In this document: positions 16,421 through 29,972 of the stretch, piece after piece | Position numbering within the stretch: position 1 is the stretch's first letter | Layout: each line of letters starts with the position of its first letter | Assembly (NCBI GenBank): GCA_020438105.1 | Contig: JAGQVE010000003.1 | Location: 43,123-107,122 of the forward strand | Origin: Bacteroidales bacterium | GTDB taxonomy: Bacteria; Bacteroidota; Bacteroidia; Bacteroidales; JAADJA01 | DNA length: 64,000 bases | Direction: 5' to 3' | Notes under the pieces: generated by a model | What the model saw: only the letters and a program-made list of their open reading frames with translations | The model's database searches: none | Told to the model about the DNA's origin: nothing | Translations under genes and position numbers: made by a program

Positions 16421-19400
16421 CTAATCCTCTTTGCTGGCCATCAATGCATCATACTCTTCACGAGATCCAACGATCAGGTGTTCATATTCACGCAATCCGG
16501 AACCGGCAGGGATGAGGTGACCAACGATCACATTTTCCTTCAAGCCGGCCAGATCATCTGATTTGGCATTGATAGAAGCCTGGGTAAGTACTTTGGTTGT
16601 TTCCTGGAAGGAAGCTGCCGAAATCCAGCTGTTCGTCTGCAATGAAGCCCTTGTAATACCTTGCAGCACCTGTCGGGCTGTTGCCGGTTTGGCTTCGCGT
16701 GCATCAATCAGCTTTTTGTCTTTCCGCTTCAGCAATGAGTTTTCTTCACGCAGTTTCCTTGCGCTCACGATCATACCTGCACGATAGGCAAGCGAATCAC
16801 CAGCATCAATGATCACTTTCTTTGAGAAGATCTCATCATTCTCATCCTGGAAATCGGTTTTGTTTACCAATTCGCCTTCGAGGAATTTTGTATCACCCGG
16901 ATCGTCCACTTCAACTTTACGCATCATCTGCCTTACAATGGCTTCGAAATGCTTATCGTTGATTTTCACACCCTGCAAACGGTAAACCTCCTGAATCTCG
17001 TTCACGATATATTCCTGAACTTTCATGGGGCCTTTAATTGCAAGGATATCAGCTGGAGTCATTGCCCCTTCTGACAGTGGTGTTCCGGCTTTAACATAGT
17101 CATTTTCCTGTGCCAGGATCTGTTTCGAAGTTGGGATCAGGTAGCGTTTTTCTTCACCGGTTTTAGAAGTGATGATCACCTCACGGTTACCACGTTTCAG
17201 TTTTTTACCGAAAGAAACGATACCATCAATCTCAGCTACTTTAGCAGGATCCGACGGATTTCTTGCCTCGAACAACTCAGTTACCCGTGGCAAACCACCG
17301 GTGATGTCACCGGATTTCCCAATAGCACGTGGAATTTTTACAAGGGTATCACCACCTTTAATGGCTTTGCCTTCTTCAACCATGATGTGTGCACCTACCG
17401 GGATATCGTAAGCCCTGAGTTCGGTACCTTTATTATCGGTAACGATGATCCGCGGGTTGGCGGTTTTCCTTCTGGCTTCGATGATCACTTTTTCGTGGTA
17501 GCCGGTTTGTTCGTCCGATTCTACTTTATAAGTGTCATTTTCAACGATATCATCAAATTTGATTTTACCACCAAATTCAGAAACGATCAGCGCATTATAC
17601 GGATCCCATTCAGCGATCAATTCACCTTTTTCGATGTCAGCACCTCCCTGGAAATAAAGTTTAGCTCCATAGGGAATGTTACCCGACATAAGCACAATAC
17701 CAGTTTTATTATCCACGATACGCATTTCAGCCGAACGGCCAATTACAGTAAAGTAGGGCTTTCCGCCGGCATTTTCAATTTCAACAAAACGCAGCTCATC
17801 AATTTCGAGTCTTCCAGAGTATTTTGCTTCTATTTTCGACATGATCGCAATATTAGAAGCGGTACCACCCACGTGGAAGGTACGGAGTGTAAGCTGTGTA
17901 CCAGGCTCACCGATTGACTGTGCGGCAACTACACCAACAGCCTCGCCTTTCTGAACCATCCTGCCTGTAGCCAGGTTTCTGCCGTAACAAAATGAGCAAA
18001 CACCTTTTTTAGATTCGCAGGTTAATACTGAACGAATTTCAACTTCTTCAATGGGTGAATCTTCAATCTTCTGACTGATGGATTCTGTTAGCTCAACGCC
18101 TGCTTTAGCGATCAAATCACCAGTTTGAGGATGGTAAATATCATGCAGTGATACACGTCCAAGGATACGATCGTACAATGTTTCAACAACTTCCTCATTC
18201 TTCTTCAGCGCTGTTGTACGCAATCCGCGGAGTGTTCCGCAATCTCTTTCAGTGATCACCACATCCTGGGCAACGTCAACCAAACGACGGGTAAGGTAAC
18301 CGGCATCAGCAGTTTTCAAAGCTGTATCGGCCAAACCTTTACGAGCACCGTGGGTTGAGATGAAGTACTCAAGTACCGATAGCCCTTCTTTAAAGTTAGA
18401 AAGGATGGGGTTTTCAATGATCTCACCACCTGTGGCACCTGATTTCTGAGGTTTCGCCATCAATCCACGCATACCTGAAAGCTGGCGGATCTGCTCTTTG
18501 GAGCCCCTCGCACCAGAGTCGAGCATCATGTAAATGGCGTTGAAGCCTTGTTTGTCAGTTGACAATTGCTTCATCAACGTAGTGGTCAGTTTTGAGTTAG
18601 TATGTGTCCAGATGTCGATGATCTGGTTATAACGTTCGTTGTTGGTAATGAATCCCATGTTATAGTTATTCATTACTTCATCAACTTCTTCGTTTGCTTG
18701 TGAAATAAGTTCTTCCTTCACTTCAGGGATAACAACGTCACCAAGGTTGAATGACAATCCACCCTCGTAAGCCATGTTAAATCCAAGTTTCTTGATATTA
18801 TCAAGGAAGTCGGAAGTTGCTGCGGTTCCTGTTAGTTTCAACACATCCCCAATGATCTCACGCAATGCTTTTTTGGTAAGCAATTGGTTGATATAACCAA
18901 ATTCTACAGGAACTACTTCATTAAAAAGTACGCGACCTACAGTGGTTTCAATTGTTTTAACAACAATCTCGTCATTTTCCCTTACTCTTAATTTACAGTT
19001 GATAATGGCGTGCAGATCAACTTTTTTCTCATTGTAAGCGATAATAACTTCCTGTGGTCCGTAGAAGGTCATTCCTTCACCTTTGATCACTTTTTCAGGT
19101 GTATTCTGACGGGCTTTGGTCATGTAATAAAGCCCAAGCACCATGTCCTGTGAAGGAACTGTAATTGGTGCTCCATTCGCAGGGTTAAGAATATTGTGTG
19201 ATGCAAGCATCAGCATTTGAGCTTCCAACACAGCTGCATTACCCAGCGGAACGTGAACGGCCATCTGGTCACCATCGAAGTCGGCATTGAATGCAGTACA
19301 AACGAGCGGGTGTAACTGAATGGCTTTACCCTCGATAAGTTTCGGCTGGAAAGCCTGAATACCTAATCGGTGAAGGGTAGGAGCACGGTTTAACAATACC

Positions 19401-20701
19401 GGGTGACCTTTCAGAATATTTTCAAGGATATCCCAAACAACTGGGTCTTTGCGATCAACAATTTTCTTGGCAGATTTAACCGTCTTTACAATTCCCCTCT
19501 CAAGCATCTTACGAATGATAAAAGGTTTGAAAAGCTCAGAAGCCATCTCTTTGGGTAATCCGCACTCATTTAATTTGAGTTCGGGACCCACCACGATCAC
19601 AGACCTTCCGGAGTAATCAACACGTTTACCAAGCAGGTTTTGACGGAATCGGCCTTGTTTACCTTTTAAGCTGTCGCTGAGTGATTTAAGCGCACGGTTC
19701 GATTCGGTTTTAACAGCATTTGATTTCCGGGAGTTATCAAACAATGAGTCAACCGCTTCCTGGAGCATACGTTTTTCGTTACGCATGATCACATCCGGAG
19801 CTTTAATTTCGATCAAACGCTTAAGCCTGTTGTTACGGATGATCACACGACGGTAAAGGTCGTTAAGATCAGAAGTCGCAAAACGTCCGCCATCCAGCGG
19901 CACCAAAGGCCTTAATTCAGGTGGAATTACAGGAACTACCTTCACGATCATCCACTCAGGACGGTTTTCAATGCGGTTCATTCCATCACGGAAGGCTTCA
20001 AAAACCTGGAGGCGTTTTAATGCTTCTTGTTTTCGTTGCTGGCTGGTTTCCGTATTTGCTTTATGTCTTAATTCATATGAAATTTTGTCGAGATCAAGAC
20101 GGGCAAGCAGATCATGAATAGCTTCAGCGCCCATTTTTGCGATGAATTTATTCGGATCGCTATCGTCGAGATACTGGTTGTCTGGTGGCAGCGTGTCGAG
20201 CACATCAAAATACTCTTCTTCTGTAAGGAAGTCGAGATATTGAATGCCATCAGCTTCTTTCACTCCAGGATTGATTACGACATAACGTTCATAATAAATA
20301 ATTGAGTCAAGTTTTTTGGTTGGCAATCCCAGCAGCGCACCAATTTTGTTGGGCAATGACCTGAAGAACCAGATATGCACCACAGGAACCACAAGATGGA
20401 TGTGTCCCATTCTTTCGCGGCGTACCTTTTTCTCAGTTACCTCAACACCACAGCGGTCGCAAACGATACCTTTATAGCGGATACGTTTATATTTACCGCA
20501 ATGGCATTCCCAGTCTTTTACCGGCCCGAAAATCCTTTCGCAAAACAATCCGTCGCGTTCGGGTTTATAGGTTCGGTAATTGATGGTTTCAGGTTTGGTA
20601 ACCTCACCATATGATCGTTCCAGGATCATTTCAGGAGAGGCAAGACTGATGGTGATTTTTGAAAATTCACCAGGGATTTTTTCTTCTTTTCTGAATGCCA
20701 T
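16421..20701 (-). CDS. rpoC: DNA-directed RNA polymerase subunit beta'
   Basis: 1426 aa with the catalytic [12 protein letters not shown] motif and Zn-binding CHCGKY...CDRCG. Confidence 0.99.
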   Translation of the reverse strand: MAFRKEEKIPGEFSKITISLASPEMILERSYGEVTKPETINYRTYKPERDGLFCERIFGPVKDWECHCGKYKRIRYKGIVCDRCGVEVTEKKVRRERMGHIHLVVPVVHIWFFRSLPNKIGALLGLPTKKLDSIIYYERYVVINPGVKEADGIQYLDFLTEEEYFDVLDTLPPDNQYLDDSDPNKFIAKMGAEAIHDLLARLDLDKISYELRHKANTETSQQRKQEALKRLQVFEAFRDGMNRIENRPEWMIVKVVPVIPPELRPLVPLDGGRFATSDLNDLYRRVIIRNNRLKRLIEIKAPDVIMRNEKRMLQEAVDSLFDNSRKSNAVKTESNRALKSLSDSLKGKQGRFRQNLLGKRVDYSGRSVIVVGPELKLNECGLPKEMASELFKPFIIRKMLERGIVKTVKSAKKIVDRKDPVVWDILENILKGHPVLLNRAPTLHRLGIQAFQPKLIEGKAIQLHPLVCTAFNADFDGDQMAVHVPLGNAAVLEAQMLMLASHNILNPANGAPITVPSQDMVLGLYYMTKARQNTPEKVIKGEGMTFYGPQEVIIAYNEKKVDLHAIINCKLRVRENDEIVVKTIETTVGRVLFNEVVPVEFGYINQLLTKKALREIIGDVLKLTGTAATSDFLDNIKKLGFNMAYEGGLSFNLGDVVIPEVKEELISQANEEVDEVMNNYNMGFITNNERYNQIIDIWTHTNSKLTTTLMKQLSTDKQGFNAIYMMLDSGARGSKEQIRQLSGMRGLMAKPQKSGATGGEIIENPILSNFKEGLSVLEYFISTHGARKGLADTALKTADAGYLTRRLVDVAQDVVITERDCGTLRGLRTTALKKNEEVVETLYDRILGRVSLHDIYHPQTGDLIAKAGVELTESISQKIEDSPIEEVEIRSVLTCESKKGVCSFCYGRNLATGRMVQKGEAVGVVAAQSIGEPGTQLTLRTFHVGGTASNIAIMSKIEAKYSGRLEIDELRFVEIENAGGKPYFTVIGRSAEMRIVDNKTGIVLMSGNIPYGAKLYFQGGADIEKGELIAEWDPYNALIVSEFGGKIKFDDIVENDTYKVESDEQTGYHEKVIIEARRKTANPRIIVTDNKGTELRAYDIPVGAHIMVEEGKAIKGGDTLVKIPRAIGKSGDITGGLPRVTELFEARNPSDPAKVAEIDGIVSFGKKLKRGNREVIITSKTGEEKRYLIPTSKQILAQENDYVKAGTPLSEGAMTPADILAIKGPMKVQEYIVNEIQEVYRLQGVKINDKHFEAIVRQMMRKVEVDDPGDTKFLEGELVNKTDFQDENDEIFSKKVIIDAGDSLAYRAGMIVSARKLREENSLLKRKDKKLIDAREAKPATARQVLQGITRASLQTNSWISAASFQETTKVLTQASINAKSDDLAGLKENVIVGHLIPAGSGLREYEHLIVGSREEYDALMASKED

Positions 20702-20756
20702 ATTATAAATTCTATATTATCAGTTGAACAGAAATATGTTATTAAAATCCTCCCGA

Positions 20757-23700
20757 TTATTTATCGAAAGTAATGTTGAGTCCAAGTCCTCTGAGCTCAT
20801 GAACAAGAACGTTAAATGATTCAGGAACATTTGGCCTCGGCATATTTTCACCTTTAACAATGGCTTTATATGCTTCAGCACGGCCAACCACATCGTCGGA
20901 CTTAACAGTAAGGATTTCCTGAAGGATATTGGCAGCGCCAAAGGCTTCAAGTGCCCAAACCTCCATCTCACCAAAACGCTGACCCCCAAATTGTGCTTTA
21001 CCACCAAGCGGTTGTTGCGTAATCAATGAATATGGTCCAATTGAACGGGCGTGCATTTTGTCATCCACCATATGGTGAAGTTTCAGCATATAAATATAAC
21101 CAACAGTTGCAGGTTGGTGGAAACGCTCACCAGAAGCACCATCATACAGGTACACCATTCCATTTTCAGGCAAACCGGCTTTGGTCAGATATCCGTTGAT
21201 CTGATCGAGTGTGGCACCATCAAAAATTGGCGTGGCGAATTTCATACCCAGCTTGCTTCCGGCCCATCCGAGAATGGTTTCGTAAATCTGGCCAAGGTTC
21301 ATCCTGGAAGGTACACCCAATGGATTCAATACGATATCCACAGGGGTTCCGTCTTCGAGGAAAGGCATGTCCTCTTCACGAACAATTTTGGCTACAATAC
21401 CTTTGTTTCCGTGACGACCAGCCATTTTATCCCCAACCGTAAGTTTCCGTTTTTTCGCAACGAAAACCTTTGCCATTTGAACGATACCGTTTGGAAGATC
21501 ATCTCCAACGCTTGCTACAAATTTCTTCCGGTTGTAAATACCAAGTATCTCTTTGTATTTGATAGAATAATTGTTGATCAGTGTTTTGATCAGGTCATTC
21601 TTATCTTTGTCGGTAGTCCATTTGGATGGGTTTACATTGAAATAGTCAATTCCCTGAAGTGTTTTCAGTGTGAACTTGGTTTTTTTAGAGACTATCTCTT
21701 CTTTAAATTTGTTGTATACACCCTGTGATGTTTTTCCTGCAACAAGCACATTCAATTTGTCAACCAACTTCTCTTTCAGATCAGCAGCATCTTTCAGGTA
21801 TTCATCATCCAGTTGTTTGATGATCTCTTTTTCCTTTGTTTTTGCTTTTCTGTCTTTAATTGCTCTGGAGAACAACATCTTGTCGATAACAACACCTTTC
21901 ATTGATGGGGGTGCTTTTAAAGAAGCATCTTTCACATCACCGGCTTTATCGCCAAAGATAGCCCGGAGTAGTTTTTCTTCCGGAGTTGGATCTGATTCAC
22001 CTTTGGGAGTAATCTTGCCAATCAGGATATCACCTTCACGAACCTCAGCACCAATCCTGATAATACCGTTTTCATCAAGGTCTTTGGTAGCTTCTGAACT
22101 GATATTTGGAATATCAGCGGTAAGCTCCTCAATACCACGTTTTGTATCGCGAACCTCCAGTGTAAACTCTTCGATGTGAACTGAAGTAAAGATATCTTCT
22201 TTTACAACTTTTTCACTGATTACAATGGCATCTTCGAAATTGTAACCTTTCCAGGGCATGAAAGCAACCATGAGGTTACGTCCGATTGCCAGTTCACCTT
22301 TTTGGGTAGCATATCCTTCACAAAGTACCTGTCCTTTATTCACCTTATCACCTTTGCGGACAATTGGCCTCAGATTGATACAGGTATTTTGATTGGTACG
22401 TTTGAATTTGGTAAGCTGATATGATTTCAGATCATCGTCAAAACTAACAAGCTTTTCATCTTCACCGCGGTTGTAACGAATGCGAATTTCATTCGCATCA
22501 ACGTATTCAACCACACCGTCGCCTTCAGCATTGATCAAAACACGGCTGTCGCGTGCAACATTTGCTTCAATTCCGGTTCCAACAAGAGGACTTTCCGGAT
22601 TCAGCAATGGAACAGCCTGACGCATCATGTTTGATCCCATCAAAGCACGGTTAGCATCATCATGCTCAAGAAATGGAATTAATGAAGCTGCGATGGATGC
22701 AATCTGGTTTGGAGCAATGTCGATCAAGTCAACATTTTCCTTTTCTTCGATCGGGTAATCAGCCAGGTAACGAACTTTGATCTTATCATTTACAAAGTTA
22801 CCGTCATCTTTGATCAGGGTACTTGCCTGTGCAATGATTTTATCTTCTTCTTCTTCTGCGCTCAGGTAAATTGGTTCTCTGTCGAGGGCAACTTTACCGT
22901 TTTCAACTTTTTTATAAGGTGTTTCAATAAAACCAAGTTTATTGATTTTAGCATAAACACAAAGAGAAGAAATCAAACCGATATTAGGACCTTCAGGTGT
23001 TTCTATGGTACACAGTCGACCATAATGGGTATAGTGAACGTCACGAACCTCAAACCCTGCTCTTTCTCTTGAAAGACCACCCGGTCCGAGTGCCGAAATC
23101 CTTCTTTTATGTGTTACTTCCGACAGTGGATTGGTTTGATCCATGAACTGTGAAAGCTGATTTGTTCCAAAAAATGAATTGATAACTGATGATAATGTTT
23201 TGGCGTTAATCAGGTCAGTTGGAGTAAAAACCTCGTTATCCCTTACATTCATTCTTTCGCGAATGGTTCTTGCCATACGGGCCAAACCAACTCCAAACTG
23301 AGCATAAAGTTGTTCACCTACAGTACGTACACGACGGTTACTTAAGTGGTCAATATCATCAACATCAGTTTTTGAGTTTACCAGTTCGATCAGGTACTTG
23401 ATAATATCGATGATATCGTCTTTGGTAAGTACCTTGATGTCTTCATCAACATTAAGACCTAATTTCTTATTGATCCTGTACCGGCCAACATCTCCCAGAT
23501 CATAACGTTTGTCAGAGAAAAATAATTTATCAATAATACCCCTGGCGGTTTCTTCGTCAGGTGGTTCAGCATTTCTGAGCTGGCGATAAATGAATTCAAC
23601 AGCTTCTTTTTCAGAGTTGGCTGTATCTTTCTGAAGTGTGTTAAAAATAATGGAGTAGTCAACAGCAGTTGATTCATCGCGGTGAAGCAATATGGCTTTA

Positions 23701-24569
23701 ACACCTGATTCGATGATATCATCAATATGATCATTATCAAGAACAGTTTCACGATCGATGATCACTTCCGTACGCTCGATTGATACAACTTCTCCAGTAT
23801 CTTCATCCACAAAATCTTCGAGCCAGCTGCGAACTACACGGGCTGCTAAACGGCGGCCCAAAACTTTCTTTAAGCCACTTTTACTTACCTTAACTTCTTC
23901 GGCAAGGTTAAAGATTTCAAGTATGTCCCTGTCGCTCTCATAGCCGATGGCTCTCAGGAGCGTGGTAACAGGTAATTTCTTTTTACGGTCGATGTAGGCA
24001 TACATCACATTGTTGATATCCGTGGTAAATTCCATCCACGAACCTTTGAAAGGGATTATCCTTGCTGAGTAAAGGGTTGTACCATTGGCATGCATGTGTT
24101 GTCCGAAAAATACCCCTGGTGACCGGTGTAACTGAGAAACAACAACACGTTCAGCACCATTAACGATGAATGTTCCTTTTGGAGTCATGTAAGGTATCAT
24201 ACCAAGATACACATCCTGAATGATGGTTTCGAAATCTTCATGCTCCGGGTCGGTACAATACAGTTTCAGTTTTGCTTTCAGCGGCACGCTGTAAGTCAAT
24301 CCCCTTTCGATAGATTCTTCGATTGAATACCTGGGAGGATCAATGAAGTAATCGAGGAATTCCAAAACGAAATTGTTTCGGGCATCCGTAATGGGGAAAT
24401 TTTCACTGAAAACCTTGTACAGTCCTTCCTCTGCTCTGTTTTCGGGATTCGTTTCCAATTGGAAAAACTCCTGAAAAGATTGCAGTTGGATGTCAAGAAA
24501 ATCAGGATAATCAATATTGATTTGGGTTGTCCCAAAATTGATTCTTTTGTTATTATTGGAAGTAGCCAA
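20757..24569 (-). CDS. rpoB: DNA-directed RNA polymerase subunit beta
   Basis: 1270 aa with [12 protein letters not shown] and other conserved beta-subunit blocks. Confidence 0.99.
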   Translation of the reverse strand: MATSNNNKRINFGTTQINIDYPDFLDIQLQSFQEFFQLETNPENRAEEGLYKVFSENFPITDARNNFVLEFLDYFIDPPRYSIEESIERGLTYSVPLKAKLKLYCTDPEHEDFETIIQDVYLGMIPYMTPKGTFIVNGAERVVVSQLHRSPGVFFGQHMHANGTTLYSARIIPFKGSWMEFTTDINNVMYAYIDRKKKLPVTTLLRAIGYESDRDILEIFNLAEEVKVSKSGLKKVLGRRLAARVVRSWLEDFVDEDTGEVVSIERTEVIIDRETVLDNDHIDDIIESGVKAILLHRDESTAVDYSIIFNTLQKDTANSEKEAVEFIYRQLRNAEPPDEETARGIIDKLFFSDKRYDLGDVGRYRINKKLGLNVDEDIKVLTKDDIIDIIKYLIELVNSKTDVDDIDHLSNRRVRTVGEQLYAQFGVGLARMARTIRERMNVRDNEVFTPTDLINAKTLSSVINSFFGTNQLSQFMDQTNPLSEVTHKRRISALGPGGLSRERAGFEVRDVHYTHYGRLCTIETPEGPNIGLISSLCVYAKINKLGFIETPYKKVENGKVALDREPIYLSAEEEEDKIIAQASTLIKDDGNFVNDKIKVRYLADYPIEEKENVDLIDIAPNQIASIAASLIPFLEHDDANRALMGSNMMRQAVPLLNPESPLVGTGIEANVARDSRVLINAEGDGVVEYVDANEIRIRYNRGEDEKLVSFDDDLKSYQLTKFKRTNQNTCINLRPIVRKGDKVNKGQVLCEGYATQKGELAIGRNLMVAFMPWKGYNFEDAIVISEKVVKEDIFTSVHIEEFTLEVRDTKRGIEELTADIPNISSEATKDLDENGIIRIGAEVREGDILIGKITPKGESDPTPEEKLLRAIFGDKAGDVKDASLKAPPSMKGVVIDKMLFSRAIKDRKAKTKEKEIIKQLDDEYLKDAADLKEKLVDKLNVLVAGKTSQGVYNKFKEEIVSKKTKFTLKTLQGIDYFNVNPSKWTTDKDKNDLIKTLINNYSIKYKEILGIYNRKKFVASVGDDLPNGIVQMAKVFVAKKRKLTVGDKMAGRHGNKGIVAKIVREEDMPFLEDGTPVDIVLNPLGVPSRMNLGQIYETILGWAGSKLGMKFATPIFDGATLDQINGYLTKAGLPENGMVYLYDGASGERFHQPATVGYIYMLKLHHMVDDKMHARSIGPYSLITQQPLGGKAQFGGQRFGEMEVWALEAFGAANILQEILTVKSDDVVGRAEAYKAIVKGENMPRPNVPESFNVLVHELRGLGLNITFDK

Positions 24570-24690
24570 AGTTTTATGATTTAAAGGGTTAGAATACTTG
24601 TTGGAACCAGCATATATAAATACGGAAATAGACCGCCCAGCACTCCAGGGTGCTGAGGCAGCCTAATTCCTTGTAAAAGGTCTAATATCC

Positions 24691-25071
24691 TTATTTGATT
24701 TCAACCTCTGCTCCAGCTTCTTCGAGTTGTGATTTTAAAGCTTCAGCTTCATCTTTCGCAACACCTTCTTTAATTGCTTTAGGAGCAGAATCAACCAGTT
24801 CCTTAGCCTCTTTCAGACCTAAACTAGTCAGTTCCTTAACCAATTTAACGACTGCGAGTTTAGATTGACCGGCAGCTTTAAGGATAACGTCAAATGCTGT
24901 TTGTTCTTCAGCAGCTCCGCCTTCTCCGCCACCTGCAGCAGGTCCTGCAATAGCTACTGCAGCAGCAGCTGGTTCAATACCATACTCTTCTTTTAAAATG
25001 TCAGCCAGTTCGTTTACTTCTTTAACAGTTAAGTTTACTAATTGTTCTGCAAATTGCTTTAAGTCAGCCAT
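24691..25071 (-). CDS. rplL: 50S ribosomal protein L7/L12
   Basis: 126 aa with an Ala/Gly hinge and the [10 protein letters not shown]-terminal domain. Confidence 0.97.
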   Translation of the reverse strand: MADLKQFAEQLVNLTVKEVNELADILKEEYGIEPAAAAVAIAGPAAGGGEGGAAEEQTAFDVILKAAGQSKLAVVKLVKELTSLGLKEAKELVDSAPKAIKEGVAKDEAEALKSQLEEAGAEVEIK

Positions 25072-25116
25072 TTTTAATATGATTTATTCGTGTTTACTTT
25101 GTTAAAAAAATATATA

Positions 25117-25638
25117 CTAATTATCTTTTTCAGATAATGTTTTAAGAATTCCTGATAGTTTTTGACCACCGGATTGTAATGCTGAGATAACATTTTTAGC
25201 AGGAGATTGCAGCAATGCAATAAGATCGCCGATCAATTCATCTCTTGATTTAATGTTAACCAGGAATTCCAGTTGGTCTTCACCCAGGTAGGTCATTTCT
25301 TCTACATATGCACCCTTCAGAACAGGTTTGTCGCTGGTTTTTCTGAATTCTTTAATGAGTTTTGCCGGGGCATTACCCACTTCCGAAAACATCAGTGACG
25401 AAGGTCCTTTAAGCACACTGTAAAGCTCATCGAGGTTCTTCTCTGATTTTTCCATTGCTCTTTTGAGCAAGGTATTTTTAACCACAGTCAGTTTGATTTC
25501 CTGTTTGAAACACATACGCCTCAAATTACTTGTAGCTTCAGCATTCAATTCTGATGTATCAGCTACGTAAATAATTGGTGTATTATTTAGTTGTTCAACC
25601 AGTTCGTCAATGAGTTGGTCTTTTTCCTCTTTTCTCAT
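25117..25638 (-). CDS. rplJ: 50S ribosomal protein L10
   Basis: 173 aa, positioned between rplA and rplL. Confidence 0.93.
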   Translation of the reverse strand: MRKEEKDQLIDELVEQLNNTPIIYVADTSELNAEATSNLRRMCFKQEIKLTVVKNTLLKRAMEKSEKNLDELYSVLKGPSSLMFSEVGNAPAKLIKEFRKTSDKPVLKGAYVEEMTYLGEDQLEFLVNIKSRDELIGDLIALLQSPAKNVISALQSGGQKLSGILKTLSEKDN

Positions 25639-25673
25639 CGTGTTACTAAATTTATACCTTAAAACCTGTTTAA

Positions 25674-26372
25674 TTAAAGGGTCGAAACTGATTTAGGTTC
25701 AATTTGAACACCTGGACTCATCGTAGATGACATGTAGATACTTTTGATATAGGTTCCTTTTGCGGCAGGTGGTTTCAATTTGATAATTGTTTGGATAAGC
25801 TCTTTGGCATTATCTAAAATCATCTGCGGTTCGAAAGATACCTTGGCAACAGCTGCATGAACGATTCCTGTTTTATCAACTTTAAAATCGATTTTACCAG
25901 CTTTTACCTCCTGAACAGCTTTCCCTATTTCCATTGTAACGGTACCACTTTTTGGATTCGGCATTAAACCACGAGGGCCTAATATCCTTCCAAGTGCACC
26001 TACTTTAGGCATTACACTTGGCATGGTAATTACAACGTCAACATCGGTCCAGCCGCCTTTTATTTTATCTACGTATTCATCAAGTCCAACATAATCAGCT
26101 CCGGCAGCTTTAGCTTCTTCTTCTTTGTCGGGAGTACAAAGTACAAGCACCCTGATTTCTTTTCCGGTTCCGTGAGGCAAAGCCACAGTTCCCCGAACCA
26201 TTTGATTGGCTTTCCTTGGGTCAACACCCAGGCGGATATCCAAATCAACGGATGCATCAAACTTTGCGTAATTGATATCTTTTACGATTTCAACAGCTTC
26301 CGAAATAGAGTAAGATTTATTCTTATCGAATTTTTCTAAAGCTTCCTTCTGTTTACGTGTTAGTTTGGCCAT
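25674..26372 (-). CDS. rplA: 50S ribosomal protein L1
   Basis: 232 aa with the typical L1 sequence ([20 protein letters not shown]). Confidence 0.97.
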   Translation of the reverse strand: MAKLTRKQKEALEKFDKNKSYSISEAVEIVKDINYAKFDASVDLDIRLGVDPRKANQMVRGTVALPHGTGKEIRVLVLCTPDKEEEAKAAGADYVGLDEYVDKIKGGWTDVDVVITMPSVMPKVGALGRILGPRGLMPNPKSGTVTMEIGKAVQEVKAGKIDFKVDKTGIVHAAVAKVSFEPQMILDNAKELIQTIIKLKPPAAKGTYIKSIYMSSTMSPGVQIEPKSVSTL

Positions 26373-26411
26373 TTTACCCTAAATTATTTATAACTCCAAT
26401 TAACTATGAAT

Positions 26412-26858
26412 TTAGTTTACTTCAAAAGGGGCTTTGCCTTTGATTTTTAAGCCCATACTTCTGGCGGTGCCAGCTACCATTCGCATGGCAGATTCAACAG
26501 TAAAGGCATTCAAATCGGGCATTTTGTTTTCGGCAATCGTTTGAACCTGTTCCCAGGAAATCGTTGCCACCTTTGTCCTGTTGGACTCGGGTGATCCCTT
26601 TTGAATTTTAGCAGCCTGCATAAGCTGAACGGCTACCGGCGGAGTTTTTATAATAAAATCAAAGGATTTATCCTTGTATACAGTAATGATTACCGGCAAA
26701 ACCTGTCCGGGTTTATCCTGTGTACGAGCATTGAATTGCTTGCAAAACTCCATGATATTTACACCTTTGGCACCCAATGCAGGTCCTACTGGTGGTGATG
26801 GATTTGCAGCTCCTCCTTTGATTTGCAACTTAATTAATCCACTAACTTCTTTAGCCAT
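26412..26858 (-). CDS. rplK: 50S ribosomal protein L11
   Basis: 148 aa, containing [10 protein letters not shown]. Confidence 0.97.
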   Translation of the reverse strand: MAKEVSGLIKLQIKGGAANPSPPVGPALGAKGVNIMEFCKQFNARTQDKPGQVLPVIITVYKDKSFDFIIKTPPVAVQLMQAAKIQKGSPESNRTKVATISWEQVQTIAENKMPDLNAFTVESAMRMVAGTARSMGLKIKGKAPFEVN

Positions 26859-26916
26859 TTTTTAAATTTCAATGTTAGATAATTGCATCAATGCTATGCG
26901 TAACAGCTCAACACAG

Positions 26917-27459
26917 TTATTCTTTTTCTACTTGCATGAATCCCAGTTCAAGAGGAGTTTTACGGCCAAATATTTTAACCATAACTTTGAGCTTTTTCTT
27001 TTCCTCGTTGATTTCTTCAATTACGCCACTGAAGCTGTTAAACGGACCATCAATCACCGTCACGGTTTCTCCTACAATAAATGGTACATTTACTTCTTCA
27101 CCTCGTTCAGCAAGTTCGTCAACTTTACCAAGAATGCGATTCACTTCCGAAACTCTCATCGGGCTGGGTTCACCTTGTGTTCCCAAAAATCCGATCACGC
27201 CGGGAATGTTTTTAATAATGTGTGGAATTTCAGCAACCAGGTTAGCTTCAATAAGGATGTATCCGGGATAAAGGTTTCTCTCTTTGGAGATCTTTTTGCC
27301 ATTTCTTACCTGGAATACTTTTTCAATGGGTATTAATACCCTTGAAATATAATCTTCCAGGTGAAGCCGGCTGATTTCGCTTTCGAGATATTGTTTAACC
27401 TTTTTCTCGCTCCCACTGATCGACCTGACTACGTACCACTTTTTAGTTTTATCACTCAT
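26917..27459 (-). CDS. nusG: Transcription termination/antitermination factor NusG
   Basis: 180 aa with NGN ([14 protein letters not shown]) and KOW domains, lying between secE and rplK. Confidence 0.95.
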   Translation of the reverse strand: MSDKTKKWYVVRSISGSEKKVKQYLESEISRLHLEDYISRVLIPIEKVFQVRNGKKISKERNLYPGYILIEANLVAEIPHIIKNIPGVIGFLGTQGEPSPMRVSEVNRILGKVDELAERGEEVNVPFIVGETVTVIDGPFNSFSGVIEEINEEKKKLKVMVKIFGRKTPLELGFMQVEKE

Positions 27460-27508
27460 TCTCTACAATGTAAAATTGAATAGCAATTGGTCCTTTAAAG
27501 ATTTTCTT

Positions 27509-27706
27509 TTAAAAGTTTTTGTAAAATAATTGCATCAAACTCTGAAAAGAAAAATCCATCAGGTACACTACAAGCGCGATGATGAGGGAAGCAATTGACA
27601 CAACGATCGCACTGTTTTGAAGTTCGCTCCATGTTGGCCAGGAAACTTTATGAACAAGTTCGTCATAACTTTCCCGAGCGTAAGATTGTACTTTAAATTT
27701 TGCCAT
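27509..27706 (-). CDS. secE: Preprotein translocase subunit SecE
   Basis: 65 aa from MAKFKVQSY..., with a single C-terminal TM. The longer track ORF (to 27781) runs into tRNA-Trp. Confidence 0.85.
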   Translation of the reverse strand: MAKFKVQSYARESYDELVHKVSWPTWSELQNSAIVVSIASLIIALVVYLMDFSFQSLMQLFYKNF

Positions 27707-27723
27707 TGAACATCTGTATTTTG

Positions 27724-27796
27724 CACGGGTGGTAGGACTCGAACCCACGACTCCTGGTTTTGGAGACCAGAGCTCTACCAACTGAGCTACACCCGT
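27724..27796 (-). tRNA. tRNA-Trp (anticodon CCA)
   Basis: Cloverleaf folded by hand. Acceptor stem ACGGGTG/CACCCGT, anticodon loop CTCCAAA, T-loop GGTTCGAGTCC. Confidence 0.93.
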
Positions 27797-27890
27797 TTAC
27801 GATCTTAATAAAGACTCTTATTTTTTCAGCAGCGAAAGGTATCCCGAAAATCAGGATACCTTACTGCTTTAATACTTATAATATGGTGTA

Positions 27891-29078
27891 TTACTCCAAA
27901 ATTTCAGTTACCTGACCGGCTCCAACTGTACGTCCGCCTTCACGGATTGCAAAACGCAAGTTTTTATTCATTGCGATTTCGGAGATCAGTTTAACTTCAA
28001 TTGTGAGGTTGTCACCTGGCATAACCATTTCTACTCCTTCTGGAAGAATGATCTCTCCAGTTACGTCAGTAGTTCTGAAGTAGAATTGTGGCCTGTAGTT
28101 ATTATGGAATGGAGTGTGACGTCCACCTTCTTCTTTTTTCAGGATATAAACTTCTGCTTTAAAGCGAGTGTGAGGAGTAATAGAACCTGGAGCGGCAATA
28201 ACCATTCCCCTGGTAATTTCGTTTTTATCCACACCCCTTAACAGCAAACCAGCATTGTCACCAGCTTCACCTCTGTCGAGGATTTTGCGGAACATTTCCA
28301 CACCTGTACAAACTGATTTAAGTTTTTCAGCTCCAAGACCGATGATATCAACTGCTTCACCAACTTTAATAACACCTGATTCAATCCTTCCGGTAGCAAC
28401 TGTTCCACGACCTGTAATTGAGAATACGTCCTCAACCGGCATCAGGAATGGTTTGTCAACATCACGTTCTGGTAATGGAATCCAGGTATCACATGCCTCC
28501 ATCAGATCAAAAATCTTGGGTACCCATTTTTCTTCTTTGTTAAGTGCACCAAGAGCTGAACCTTGAATTACAGGAGTATTGTCACCATCAAATTCATAGA
28601 AGCTTAACAGTTCACGAATTTCCATCTCAACGAGCTCGAGGAGTTCTTCATCGTCTACCATATCCACTTTGTTCATGAAAACAACGAGTTTTGGTACACC
28701 AACCTGACGAGCGAGCAGGATGTGCTCACGTGTTTGTGGCATCGGACCGTCAGTAGCCGCAACAACAAGAATAGCTCCGTCCATCTGGGCTGCACCAGTT
28801 ACCATGTTTTTAACGTAGTCAGCGTGACCAGGACAGTCAACGTGAGCATAGTGCCTGTTTTCTGTTTGGTATTCAACGTGTGCAGTATTAATAGTAATAC
28901 CTCTTTCCTTTTCCTCAGGAGCATTATCAATTTCGTCGAAAGATTTGAACGTAGCCAAACCTTTTTCCTGAAGATTGATGGTGATAGCAGCGGTTAATGT
29001 GGTTTTACCGTGGTCAACGTGACCAATGGTGCCAATATTAACGTGCGGTTTCGAACGATCAAAAGTTTCTTTTGCCAT
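27891..29078 (-). CDS. tuf: Elongation factor Tu
   Basis: 395 aa with [15 protein letters not shown] and NKVD motifs. Confidence 0.99.
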   Translation of the reverse strand: MAKETFDRSKPHVNIGTIGHVDHGKTTLTAAITINLQEKGLATFKSFDEIDNAPEEKERGITINTAHVEYQTENRHYAHVDCPGHADYVKNMVTGAAQMDGAILVVAATDGPMPQTREHILLARQVGVPKLVVFMNKVDMVDDEELLELVEMEIRELLSFYEFDGDNTPVIQGSALGALNKEEKWVPKIFDLMEACDTWIPLPERDVDKPFLMPVEDVFSITGRGTVATGRIESGVIKVGEAVDIIGLGAEKLKSVCTGVEMFRKILDRGEAGDNAGLLLRGVDKNEITRGMVIAAPGSITPHTRFKAEVYILKKEEGGRHTPFHNNYRPQFYFRTTDVTGEIILPEGVEMVMPGDNLTIEVKLISEIAMNKNLRFAIREGGRTVGAGQVTEILE

Positions 29079-29135
29079 GTTAATTATTATTTATTAGAAT
29101 TTACAAAATTTAATTCAGTGGTTAACTATTCTTTG

Positions 29136-29207
<72 letters not shown>

Positions 29208-29216
29208 TGAAATTAG

Positions 29217-29289
29217 AGCGGGAGACCGGGCTCGAACCGGCCACCTATAGCTTGGAAGGCTATCGCTCTACCAAATGAGCTACTCCCGC
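29217..29289 (-). tRNA. tRNA-Gly (anticodon TCC)
   Basis: Acceptor stem GCGGGAG/CTCCCGC, anticodon loop CTTCCAA. Confidence 0.9.
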
Positions 29290-29362
29290 AAAAATCTGAG
29301 TAAAACAACAGATCAGAGAACTTGATTTTATACCATATTATAATATAGTATAAAAAAACCTG

Positions 29363-29444
29363 TGGGGAGAGGAGGATTCGAACCTCCGAAGGCTTAGCCA
29401 ACAGATTTACAGTCTGCCCCATTTGACCGCTCTGGTATCTCCCC
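29363..29444 (-). tRNA. tRNA-Tyr (anticodon GTA), class II with a long variable arm
   Basis: Acceptor stem GGGGAGA/TCTCCCC, anticodon loop CTGTAAA, 82 nt. Confidence 0.9.
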
Positions 29445-29483
29445 AGGTGTTTTCTAATATATTTTCAGGATTTAAAAGAACCG

Positions 29484-29557
29484 AGCCAATGGAGGGATTC
29501 GAACCCCCGACCGGCTGATTACAAATCAGCTGCTCTGGCCAGCTGAGCTACATTGGC
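29484..29557 (-). tRNA. tRNA-Thr (anticodon TGT)
   Basis: Acceptor stem GCCAATG/CATTGGC, anticodon loop TTTGTAA. Confidence 0.9.
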
Positions 29558-29578
29558 ATTTCACTCATTTCAGTACAT

Positions 29579-29605
29579 AAAAAACAGTCCTTGAAAAAAG
29601 GACTG
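29579..29605 (-). terminator. Rho-independent terminator downstream of hpf
   Basis: On the minus-strand RNA the stem is cagtcctt/aaggactg with a 5-nt loop, followed by a U tract. Confidence 0.7.
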
Positions 29606-29656
29606 CAAAAGTATAAAACATATTTTTAATAATCAAAGAAAATATATAAATAAATT

Positions 29657-29956
29657 TTACCTCGCCTTAATTTTGTTCTTGTACTTCGAAATTTGTCTTT
29701 TAAGGGCGTCAATGGCAGTGTCTGTAGCTTCTTCAAAAGTTTTACATTGTTTTTTGGCATACAGATCATTACCTCTTATAAATAGTCTGATTTCAGCAAT
29801 TTTGTTTTCTGGTGATTCTGAGTTTTCTAATTTAAGTGTTACATCACTTCCTAAAACTCCTTCGTAAATTGACGATAGTTTTTCAACTTTTTCATTGATG
29901 AAAGCTGTCAATTTTCTGTCTGCTTTAAAATGCACTGAATTAATGTTAATTTGCAT
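29657..29956 (-). CDS. hpf: Ribosome hibernation promoting factor / RaiA family
   Basis: 99 aa: MQININSVHFKADRKL...FEEATDTAIDALKRQI, typical of short HPF. Confidence 0.88.
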   Translation of the reverse strand: MQININSVHFKADRKLTAFINEKVEKLSSIYEGVLGSDVTLKLENSESPENKIAEIRLFIRGNDLYAKKQCKTFEEATDTAIDALKRQISKYKNKIKAR

Positions 29957-29972
29957 AACGTTCTCCTTTCGT

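Noticed and set aside
17387-22179. Several 150-225-aa ORFs on the plus strand within rpoC and rpoB (17387-17917, 21051-21728, 21670-22179)
   Set aside because: They are antisense to unambiguous RNA polymerase genes, with low-complexity translations.
24638-24655. Hairpin cagcac-tccagg-gtgctg in the rplL-rpoB spacer, a possible attenuator like the one in E. coli
   Set aside because: The stem is only 6 bp and no U tract follows on the transcribed strand, so the evidence is insufficient to call a terminator or attenuator.
27707-27781. N-terminal 25-codon extension of the secE ORF
   Set aside because: The extension overlaps tRNA-Trp. The internal Met (MAKFKVQSY) gives a normal-length SecE.
29213-29422. 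69-aa ORF on the minus strand
   Set aside because: It lies entirely over tRNA-Gly and tRNA-Tyr and is a spurious translation of tRNA sequence.
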